Below, in pieces: positions 52,325 through 60,819 of a stretch of 64,000 bases of DNA; the first letter of the stretch is position 1; the number at the start of each line of letters is the position of its first letter. The notes under the pieces are model-generated. The model saw nothing but the letters and a program-made list of their open reading frames with translations, was not told the DNA's origin and made no database searches. The stretch comes from Nitrososphaeraceae archaeon (GTDB lineage: Archaea > Thermoproteota > Nitrososphaeria > Nitrososphaerales > Nitrososphaeraceae), in NCBI GenBank assembly GCA_035250975.1, contig DATFEP010000043.1:1-64000 (forward strand). The letters run 5' to 3'. Both the position numbers and the translations under genes were made by a program.

Positions 52325-52840
52325 TTAAAAACTTGGTTCAATAGATTCGGTTATAGAGGTATCACGTTCCCATTCTTCATTTTGTAATTTAATAGACTCA
52401 ATTGCTATTGCGTTTGAATTAGCGTCCAATTCTGGTAATGCCTGATATTCCGAAATCCAACATCTATAAATTTTATATGCCATTATTAACTCACCTGCTT
52501 CGTTAAATAATTCTAAAATGACATCTTTCCTAAAATCTTTTAATGATGCATCGGTACCTGGGGTAGGATCAAAATGCCAAACCTTGCTTGCCCAATTCTC
52601 AAAATCAAGGTCATGAGTAACTCCTCTTTCTAAAATGATCGATTCATATGTAATCACTCCAGCAGATTTCCTACTAGTACTTGCATCCCCTCTTTCCCTA
52701 TGTTCTATTACTTCAGTAGTACGTTTTAAACCAGATATTTTATTTATTCCAGCAATGTATTTTCCATCCCATTTTACTTTAAATTTAAAGTTTTTATACG
52801 GATCGAATCTGGTTTGATTTACTGTATACTGGGATTCCAT
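52325..52840 (-). CDS. phage tail tube protein (T4 gp19 / eCIS Afp1-5-like)
   Basis: RFDPYKNFKF, ISGL, LERGVT, FRKD..LFNEAG..YRCW..ELDANSNAIAIE. Confidence 0.88.
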   Translation of the reverse strand: MESQYTVNQTRFDPYKNFKFKVKWDGKYIAGINKISGLKRTTEVIEHRERGDASTSRKSAGVITYESIILERGVTHDLDFENWASKVWHFDPTPGTDASLKDFRKDVILELFNEAGELIMAYKIYRCWISEYQALPELDANSNAIAIESIKLQNEEWERDTSITESIEPSF

Positions 52841-53100
52841 TCTTTGATCTATTTCTTCAATATTTCTCTCGAATTTCTTGATTCCACATTGTAATTACAG
52901 AAAAGATTTTTTTTCCCTTTTGATTGAGGTTCGTAAATATGATTAATTTAACTGGTTCAGTAGGTTCAACGCATGGATATTTGACAAACAGCCATTCAAG
53001 GAATGAAGATCATGAAATAAAACTAGAACATTTAAACAATTTAAGTTATATTTTAAATTTTATTAAACATTCTTATGAAAAAAATTAATCAGTAAAGACA

Positions 53101-53514
53101 ATGTTAAAAGATATAGAAAACACCAATACCAAATTCTATGACGCATTTGAGAATCTATCAATCAAGTTGATGGATAGTGTATGGAAACATAGTGATGATT
53201 GTATCTGTATGCATCCTGGTTGGGAGATGTTCGTTGGTTGGTTAGCAATTCGTGAAAGTTGGATCACAATATTTGCCAGTACAGAGAATATTAAATTTAC
53301 AATTACTAATTTAAAAATCAGAACATATGATGAAGTAATCTCTGTTGTAACATGTTTAGAAAACATAGAAATGAGTTTAAATGCAAGGAAAATTAAATCT
53401 GGTGTAGTTGCAACGAATATATATGAATATGATAACAATCAGAAAAGATGGTTAATAATTCATCATCATGGATCACCAGTTTCAAATTACTTGGTACCGC
53501 CTAAAACAGAGTAG
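53101..53514 (+). CDS. SnoaL/NTF2-like domain protein
   Basis: FYDAFE, CMHPGW, IRESW, ATNIY, HHHGS. Confidence 0.85.
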   Translation: MLKDIENTNTKFYDAFENLSIKLMDSVWKHSDDCICMHPGWEMFVGWLAIRESWITIFASTENIKFTITNLKIRTYDEVISVVTCLENIEMSLNARKIKSGVVATNIYEYDNNQKRWLIIHHHGSPVSNYLVPPKTE

Positions 53515-53846
53515 AGAATTCTTTATAGTCTGGAATTGAGGTACAATTGGAGGATGTTGTTGTTTGAAATCAATAAATTGTTAACATTTTAGATAATTTG
53601 TTGGTCTATTAAAAATGGTTGATAACAGATATTAAATTATATTTTTAAATAAGTAATCATAAATAGAGCCATCTCTTTTTGTCATCGAATAACGGTCAAA
53701 ATGGCTTATATTTTATATGGTTAACTAATATACCTAAATTTTTAACATTTAGAGCGAAAGTTTGGATGATGGTCTAATGACATTCATAATGATATTCGGT
53801 AATTCTATCAGTAGGATTTGAACCCTTGGTCCGTCTTTCATTTCCT

Positions 53847-54125
53847 TTACGCCTCATAAAGTTTGTCTGTTACTTCATGGCAACCACTCAGGTCCACTTC
53901 AACAAATATGGTTTCATTTTTCTTTGCAGCCGCAATCCATTTCTTTAATTCCTGCTTCCAATCAATTTCCTTCTCGTCCACTCTCTGATCAAAAGCATCT
54001 ACAAATCTTGTATAAAATTCACCTACTTTCGTCATTGCCCTAAAATTCTCGTCTCCCTTTAGCCCAATAGCAAATTCATTTCTGTCTTTGTTTGTGTATA
54101 TACAAATTAGTGATTTCTGACTCAC
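53847..54125 (-). CDS. hypothetical protein
   Basis: 92-aa ORF with plausible composition. Confidence 0.55.
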   Translation of the reverse strand: MSQKSLICIYTNKDRNEFAIGLKGDENFRAMTKVGEFYTRFVDAFDQRVDEKEIDWKQELKKWIAAAKKNETIFVEVDLSGCHEVTDKLYEA

Positions 54126-54139
54126 AGCGTTATGATATT

Positions 54140-54180
54140 GTTATCATTATAGTTATCATTATAGTTATCATTATAGTTAT
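54140..54180. repeat. 12-bp tandem repeat x3.4
   Basis: GTTATCATTATA x3 plus GTTAT. Confidence 0.85.
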
Positions 54181-54470
54181 TTTTTTTCACTTTTCTGAAT
54201 CAATATACCGATTTTTAGAAATTTGTTAATACCTACACTGCTGCTGTCAACTATAATGCATCATTTAGATTTTCATTATTATAGATTGATTAGAACGATC
54301 ATATGACATAAAAACAATCCGCACATTGCACTAATAACAAATGATTTGCTAATTGATTGTATTCGTTCAGCTGTTTATTTAGGAGTCATATTCAGAATTA
54401 GATTCAATCTGTACTCTTACATTTACTATGTTTGATAAACAATGAAAAATATAGTTTATCCTTATGCTTT

Positions 54471-56645
54471 CTAAATTATGATTTTCACAATTGAATTATA
54501 AATATCTGTTAGCATTTCAGAATATCTATCTATATCATATCTAGTTTTATCATCTACAAGTTGTAATGGTATTGCTTTCCGTCTTGGATAATAAGTTATT
54601 ACATATTTTAGAAGTTGACCTGCTTTTGGAAATTCTTTGTTAGATGTTAGAATCTTTAATACATTGTTTTCAATGGTATTTCTATTTTCGTATTCATCAT
54701 AATTTTTAGATAATTGTTTTGTAAAAATTAAATCTTCTATTGATACTTTTCTTTCTCTAAGCAGCAATAAGTATTTTTTATAAAGAAAATGGATTTCTGA
54801 TAATTTTTGCCTGAGTTCTTTTCCATTATTAGCTCCTGCAAGAATCTCAAGAATATTTTGTTGAAAATTTGAAAAAAATAATGGCGTGTCGTGTCTTCTA
54901 GTTTCAATACCTCTCATTTTCAATGTTCCATCTTCAAAAACACCAAAGTATCTGTTTGTAACAGGAATGCGATTGTCTTGTTCAGAAGATAGAAAGGCGA
55001 TCCATTTATAGACACCTTCAAAGGATATTTCAAATCCAGTTCTTTCTTCAATACGGTTTTTTAATTTGATATAATCATTTTTTGTAGCATTTTCTTTTTT
55101 TATCCATATTGAATCTACAATTCCATGTAAAACTTCGAATCCTAATTCTTCTGCTATCTTTACTGACTCAAGAAGAATCTTTCTAGCAAAAGCACAGACT
55201 GCAATATGTGCATCGATTCTTCCAAATTTTGCATTACTAAATCCAAGGTAACCAAAAGACGTTACAAGAATCCATTTTAATGCAGATTGTCTTGCATTAT
55301 ATATTTTTTTTAGGTTATCATTAACAGTTGTCTTTTTCAATTGTTTATAATACAATCTTTTTTTGAGAACTAGTTCCAGTGATTTTGGGATCAATCCTTC
55401 CTTTCTTTTACAGATGTGATAGTTTAATTCAGGTATTTTGTTATCTGAATCCAAGTAACAACATTGACATAGAATTGTCTCCGCTGAAATATTCTTTTTG
55501 TATATTATATTTGGATATAAAGATACAAAATCAAATTCGGCTACTTTTTCATGTACTCCAATTTCTGGTTCCAGTATGAGACCTCCTCTATCTGCAATAA
55601 AAAGTTCTCTTAATGTTTTTGGATATTCTGACATTGTTGGTTTCCATGGTACAAGAATACCTTTTTTTGTTGCGTTATACAGATGAAAACTTGTTAAGCA
55701 TTTACCAATTGTTGCTCTTGAGGTCTCATGCAAGGGAAGTCTTGATAGTCTAGAAATCTCTACAAGTCCATGGACATCTTGGGTTTCTCTCCAAAGAAAA
55801 GAGGAACTAGTATCTATATGCCATCTACCATAAAATCTGATACTAGATGGTTTATAGTATGTTCTACCATATGAAAAATACGAGATACCGTTTCTCGTAG
55901 GTTTTTTTAGCGTGACATTAGAATCTCTACCAAGTACCAAATCTAGATTATTTTCTGATGCCCTATGAATTAGATAGGGAAAAAGAAATGAATCTCCATT
56001 CTCTGTTATAATTATATCAGGATCTAATTTTTTTACTATCTTGGATAACTGTATAATTATTTCATCTTCTGATTCACTTTGAATATTTATTTTTGGTTCT
56101 TTGTCACAAGTTGTAGTAATAGTAATATGTTTTAATTTGTCTGATAATTTTGGTATCCCTCCTTTTTGAAAGTTAATCTTTAAATAAATATTTCTAAAAT
56201 TTGGTACGATATAATTTGTCAAAGATACACAATCATTATCAAACACTTTCCAAAATAACCCATACGGGGACTCTTCGACATCAAAGGCACCACATGGAAA
56301 TAAATCATGTTCATAAAAATAATGCTGTACTGGTAAAAGATCTATATTGTATAATCGAAATCCTCCAGATACTTTTACTATTTTCCTTTCTATGATATTT
56401 GCAAGTTTTACATTACTTGCAATATATTGCGTGTATATCTTTAATACTTTGGATTTTTCATCGTCTGTTATTTTCTCATATCTATATACGTATTCAGTTT
56501 TTTTAATGAAATCTTCTCTTTCTCTAAGATTACATATTTGTTCTAAATTAGAGGTATTATTGGATGCTAAATAAAAATAGTTATTCCATTTGGTGTCTTC
56601 TATTTTTATCGTATTATTTTTGGAATCTTTAATCCAAAAAATCAT
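54471..56645 (-). CDS. polB2: family B DNA polymerase, PolB2/Dpo2 clade (exonuclease-deficient)
   Basis: motif A DFVSLYP intact, motif B ALKWILVTSFGYLG, motif C HGIVDS instead of YGDTDS, ExoII NGDSFLFPYL lacking the Asp. Confidence 0.88.
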   Translation of the reverse strand: MIFWIKDSKNNTIKIEDTKWNNYFYLASNNTSNLEQICNLREREDFIKKTEYVYRYEKITDDEKSKVLKIYTQYIASNVKLANIIERKIVKVSGGFRLYNIDLLPVQHYFYEHDLFPCGAFDVEESPYGLFWKVFDNDCVSLTNYIVPNFRNIYLKINFQKGGIPKLSDKLKHITITTTCDKEPKINIQSESEDEIIIQLSKIVKKLDPDIIITENGDSFLFPYLIHRASENNLDLVLGRDSNVTLKKPTRNGISYFSYGRTYYKPSSIRFYGRWHIDTSSSFLWRETQDVHGLVEISRLSRLPLHETSRATIGKCLTSFHLYNATKKGILVPWKPTMSEYPKTLRELFIADRGGLILEPEIGVHEKVAEFDFVSLYPNIIYKKNISAETILCQCCYLDSDNKIPELNYHICKRKEGLIPKSLELVLKKRLYYKQLKKTTVNDNLKKIYNARQSALKWILVTSFGYLGFSNAKFGRIDAHIAVCAFARKILLESVKIAEELGFEVLHGIVDSIWIKKENATKNDYIKLKNRIEERTGFEISFEGVYKWIAFLSSEQDNRIPVTNRYFGVFEDGTLKMRGIETRRHDTPLFFSNFQQNILEILAGANNGKELRQKLSEIHFLYKKYLLLLRERKVSIEDLIFTKQLSKNYDEYENRNTIENNVLKILTSNKEFPKAGQLLKYVITYYPRRKAIPLQLVDDKTRYDIDRYSEMLTDIYNSIVKIII

Positions 56646-56692
56646 TTTGTTATCTAAATGGTAAGCGTCAAAAATCCATCCAGTTGTTTTAA

Positions 56693-56947
56693 CTAAATTG
56701 TAGTCACTCCATCTAAAGTAGGAACAGTAGTAGATGTTGTTCGCTTGTATTGTTCAAATAAAAGCGTCATTAATAGAGATTCGGTTGAATAATCCCTTCC
56801 TTTTGCACTGATAGATTCTGAATATTGGTAACAATTTTTTAGCATCTGATCAAATAGTTCTCTGTCTTTTTTTCTCAGGCAGTCTGAATAACTTTTCCAT
56901 GAGTCTATCTCTTTTGTTAGTATATCTTCATATGGAAATAGATTCAT
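56693..56947 (-). CDS. small PolB2-associated helical protein, paralogue 2
   Basis: E..WKSY..LRKKDRELFDQM...LL..LFEQYK, same pattern as upstream gene; ATGA overlap. Confidence 0.75.
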   Translation of the reverse strand: MNLFPYEDILTKEIDSWKSYSDCLRKKDRELFDQMLKNCYQYSESISAKGRDYSTESLLMTLLFEQYKRTTSTTVPTLDGVTTI

Positions 56948-57189
56948 CTTGATATCACATTCGTCTTTTTTTTTAAAGACTTGTATTGATTAAAAATAAT
57001 AGATAATAAAATAGGATATATTCTAATGGGATTGCTACAATAAGAACAAGCAGAATTGTATAACCTGGCAATTGAAAACATTTCTCTAAATAATTTTCTC
57101 TTTTCTAGATTCAGATATTTTTGATATGATTTCCATTCTTTTTGTTCGAGATCAATTGCTATTCTAAATGAGGGAATAGTTCTACCCAT
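56944..57189 (-). CDS. small PolB2-associated helical protein (arCOG07300-like), paralogue 1
   Basis: MGRTIPSFR..E..EWKSY..L...RKLF..MF..AR...LLSIIF.QYK. Confidence 0.8.
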   Translation of the reverse strand: MGRTIPSFRIAIDLEQKEWKSYQKYLNLEKRKLFREMFSIARLYNSACSYCSNPIRIYPILLSIIFNQYKSLKKKTNVISR

Positions 57190-57195
57190 TTATAT

Positions 57196-57783
57196 TCACG
57201 TTCTATCTCTTTTTTGTGGTTTTTTATGATTCTTGAAATCTGGTAGAGTGATAGAAGAGAAAACGGTTACAATAGAATTGTTAATATTATTTAGTGATTT
57301 TGTAATCTGTTTAACAATCCAATCTTTCTCTTCTTGTTCTATTTGTTGTTTGACCGAATTCAAGAGAAATAGATCAGAAATAATAACTAATAATTTTGAT
57401 TGGGATTTTTCCATTAATTCAAAAAGTTCATGAATTAATGTCTCTGCTAATTGATAAATGGTAAACACTCTGGTAATTATTACATGGTCTAAAACCTTGT
57501 TGACATCCATCCCATACTTTTTCTTTGCGAGATTTACACATTGATAAAAATCAAATCTATTGTTACTTGTAATAACAAGTACATTTGAAGATTCTAGACC
57601 ACCATATCTTTTTGGAAGTAATCCTTTAACAATTATATCACTAACTAATTCATCACAATCTACAAAGGAAATCTTGTCACCATATCTTAACTTAATAGAT
57701 TCGTTATTGTTTATATGGAAAGTCAGTATATTCAAATATTCATAGGCAATTAACGGTTTTGTATAGTGTAACACCGTTTCCAT
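57196..57783 (-). CDS. inactivated RadA/RecA-fold protein
   Basis: GGLES, NRFDFY, VLDHVIITRVFTIYQL, LLVIISD; no Walker A. Confidence 0.78.
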   Translation of the reverse strand: METVLHYTKPLIAYEYLNILTFHINNNESIKLRYGDKISFVDCDELVSDIIVKGLLPKRYGGLESSNVLVITSNNRFDFYQCVNLAKKKYGMDVNKVLDHVIITRVFTIYQLAETLIHELFELMEKSQSKLLVIISDLFLLNSVKQQIEQEEKDWIVKQITKSLNNINNSIVTVFSSITLPDFKNHKKPQKRDRT

Positions 57784-57799
57784 ACCGTACTTTACGGTA
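57783..57799. promoter_or_regulatory. palindromic operator candidate
   Basis: TACCGTA-CTT-TACGGTA between minus-strand TATA (TTTTATAA, 57813-57806) and the start codon. Confidence 0.6.
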
Positions 57800-57926
57800 A
57801 AGAAATTATAAAAGTATTACTATATGAAGTTGTGTATAAGATACCAGAAATCTTTACATCAAGTCAAATATTATTGATATACTACAATTATTATTTAGTA
57901 AATCAATCCATTGTAGTTACCAATCT

Positions 57927-58817
57927 ATGAACGAAACAGAACTTAAGCAATTATTCAAAAGTTCAATTAAAAACAGACATATTCAAAATAATCATCATCT
58001 TCCTATCCATATTTCAGATTATCAATCTCATCAAATAAAGATAAAGGAGGAAGCATACTTTGGCATTTTTGACTTTGTAATTGTAATTGTTCATAAAAAT
58101 AATGAGAAACAAGGAGATATAAACAATACCTATATTGGTACCGCCAGAAAGGACCTTTTCTTTCAAGACGAAGGACGTGATGATGATTATGATGTTTATC
58201 AGAACATTCGTATGCGAACTCACCAGTTTATTCAAATAGCTAAACAAGAAAAATGCAATGTAAAAAATTTAACGTTTATTCCAGTAGAGGTAAAATCAGA
58301 TAGCGATGTACTTGACAAACGTCTTCCTAATCAAATATTAAATGCTATCTTAACCTTTGGTCGGTCATTTTTAGTACTTGATGAGAAACATATTTCCAAG
58401 AACCTTCATCTGTTAAAACTTCTTCCAACAACAATTATAGGATATACAGGTAAAGACGATTATTTTGAAGTACTGTCTGTATTCGATAGATTCGTAATGA
58501 ACGGAATATTTAGTATTCCGAAGAGAAGTTTTAACAAGTTACTACTTGATAGTAAGGTAACAAAACAATTTAGTGACATAGATAAGATATATAAAACTCT
58601 GGTTACATTGGAAAGGATAAACCAGAAACTGGTGTTTAACTATCTATTTAGATTTGGAACTAATCTTTTGGATGAGAATTTTTTGTTACAGGAAGAGATA
58701 CAATTTCTAAATAAATTTTGTGAACTTTTTAAAATACCCACAGAAAATTCATACAAAAAAGAGATTATCAGATTAATTAAAAATAGTGAAAATCATTTGA
58801 TTACTGATTTTCTATAA
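57927..58817 (+). CDS. PD-(D/E)XK nuclease-like protein (sce7726/MmcB-like motif)
   Basis: E..FGIFD...VEVKSDSDVLDKRLPNQ...TFGRSFLVL. Confidence 0.65.
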   Translation: MNETELKQLFKSSIKNRHIQNNHHLPIHISDYQSHQIKIKEEAYFGIFDFVIVIVHKNNEKQGDINNTYIGTARKDLFFQDEGRDDDYDVYQNIRMRTHQFIQIAKQEKCNVKNLTFIPVEVKSDSDVLDKRLPNQILNAILTFGRSFLVLDEKHISKNLHLLKLLPTTIIGYTGKDDYFEVLSVFDRFVMNGIFSIPKRSFNKLLLDSKVTKQFSDIDKIYKTLVTLERINQKLVFNYLFRFGTNLLDENFLLQEEIQFLNKFCELFKIPTENSYKKEIIRLIKNSENHLITDFL

Positions 58818-59285
58818 TTATTACGATAGTCCGAAATATTAATTTTATAAAATAACTATAATATTTTGTAGTGGGTTGTTGGCTAAATTCAAAATCTAAA
58901 GATAAAATTGAGTATTAAATATTAAAAATCACCAGAAATATTTTTGATTAATTTGCTGTAGTTATTAAATCATTTAGATCAATAGAGAGATGAAGGTTCC
59001 TATTATAAATAAAAATAAACTACATTGTTGAAGTGTGACATACCGTCGATGCTGTAAAAAGACAATTGCGGAACGAAGAAAATGAATTATTCATTTTCTA
59101 CCCCTTTCTACTCGGGTATAATCAAAAACAACATTTAGTCTAGATTTAATAAATTGAAGATTAAACTTTGATCAATAGAAAAATAGTCAGATAAACCAAT
59201 TTCCACCTAAGATTACAACGTATATATACTAATTAAAGAGATATACTGAAACTATTATAAGAAATGCTATGTATAACAAACTACA

Positions 59286-59717
59286 ATGAATTTTTCTAAT
59301 GATAATGAGAATATAGATTTTGCTGCAATACTTACTGGAAGAGAAGAAGTGCCAGTAGTAGATACTTTAGATACTGCTTTAGCAACATTCCAATCCAAAG
59401 ATAATGAAGATCTAAAATTTTGCGTTAAAATTACAGATATGAGTAAAATAAAACAAGTTAGTATTGACGTAGGTAAACATGAGAAAGGAGAAACAGTTGC
59501 AGAGCTATATAAGTCTGAAACTCCATCAGACGAGGTTACCGGCAAATTATGTGAAGGGGATATAAATTCACAGGATCTGAAAGGGCCGTTACAAGGAAAG
59601 AATACCGAAGAATTGGTCAAAAAAATAGAAAACGGAGAAGCATATGTAAATATATTGACAGAGGATAAACCGAAGGGAAAAGTAAGAGGACAAATTAAAA
59701 AGTTAGATCATATTTGA
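59286..59717 (+). CDS. CHRD domain protein
   Basis: LTGREEVPVV...G.AYVNILT...GKVRGQI. Confidence 0.85.
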   Translation: MNFSNDNENIDFAAILTGREEVPVVDTLDTALATFQSKDNEDLKFCVKITDMSKIKQVSIDVGKHEKGETVAELYKSETPSDEVTGKLCEGDINSQDLKGPLQGKNTEELVKKIENGEAYVNILTEDKPKGKVRGQIKKLDHI

Positions 59718-59842
59718 GAATTTTTATGGATATTAAAGAAATAATAAATATTAGAAATGAGGTTGTAGGACGATGATGCTTCCATCTTGTTGGTGCTCCT
59801 AGTCGTGGCCGAGGTGTTTTGCCTACGAACAGTCACACCATC

Positions 59843-60235
59843 TCAAATTAATATACCTAACAGGAATTTTCTATAATCTTCATGCATCTTTGTCTTTTCT
59901 TCTACGAGTTTCTTTTTCAAAGCACACCTAAAGTGGTATCTTCTTTTTCTACCTTTTGAAAACTTGTTTGATACAACCAGGCTGTGAACAAAGATTTCCA
60001 GACCACACTCCCAACAATTGATTTTTGTGGCGATAACTGGTCTGTTTACATCCCTTACCACATTGTCCTGATTTATTCGTGTAAGAACTTGATTCTTTCT
60101 ACTTTCTGTAAGTAGTTCTAGACAATACTTGGAGTCTGGAGGACATTCATAGTGTTCCATAATCATATATTTGATAATCTTTATGGTTATTGCTGGATCT
60201 TTTTTATTTGTAACAAGGGATTGCGAAGAAGACAT
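59843..60235 (-). CDS. hypothetical protein with CxxC...HxxC zinc finger
   Basis: CWECG...RRYHFRCA. Confidence 0.6.
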   Translation of the reverse strand: MSSSQSLVTNKKDPAITIKIIKYMIMEHYECPPDSKYCLELLTESRKNQVLTRINQDNVVRDVNRPVIATKINCWECGLEIFVHSLVVSNKFSKGRKRRYHFRCALKKKLVEEKTKMHEDYRKFLLGILI

Positions 60236-60819
60236 ATCTACAGAATTTTTTGATAATTATATTAAAGTTTTCCCCAAAGTTAAAACAATGTTTTTATCCT
60301 TCCGGTAGCCTCTGAGGCCTGAATATCTTTATCTTAAAATCGGTTTATTTGAATTTCATGTCATTCTTCTTTGCTTTCTTTTTAAAAGTCTGTTTTATAT
60401 GAAGGTACTTCAGTGAAAACCTGATTCTTGGGTACATTTCTGCAAAATCTTTCTATAACCGTTATAACCTTTTCTGTACTTTTTGATGTTGGGGAGTGTC
60501 GTCTGTCTGGTGAATATACTTGATTGCTACAGACGTTCGCCTGACATAAAAAAAACTCTGCATTGGTTGTAGTTTTCATCAGGTAGTCATGACCTCCCTA
60601 TTTTTAGTTCCATTTAACACTTTGTAGATTCTGTAAACAGCATCGATGACAGAAGTATTATTGAGGGTGACCAAATAATTAAAAATTAATCAATTTAGTC
60701 ATCTCCTTCTAATATAATACTAGTATGTATGATATAATCATAAGTCAACCAAGGATAAAGAAACCACCGAATACGCCATCAAAACCTAAATCACCTTTAG
60801 AAAGAGGAGGTATAAAATT

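Noticed and set aside
53811-53835. tRNA T-arm-like fragment (minus strand CAAGGGTTCAAATCC) as possible attR
   Set aside because: Does not match the tRNA-Gly 3' end beyond the universal T-loop and has no acceptor stem
27744-56645. Casposon hypothesis (PolB + Cas4 + HNH + CRISPR repeats in one window)
   Set aside because: No Cas1, no terminal inverted repeats seen, the genes are spread over 29 kb of core genes, and the polymerase is PolB2-type
59046-60646. 10-bp inverted pair TCGATGCTGT / ACAGCATCGA flanking 1.6 kb
   Set aside because: Too short, no target duplication and no transposase
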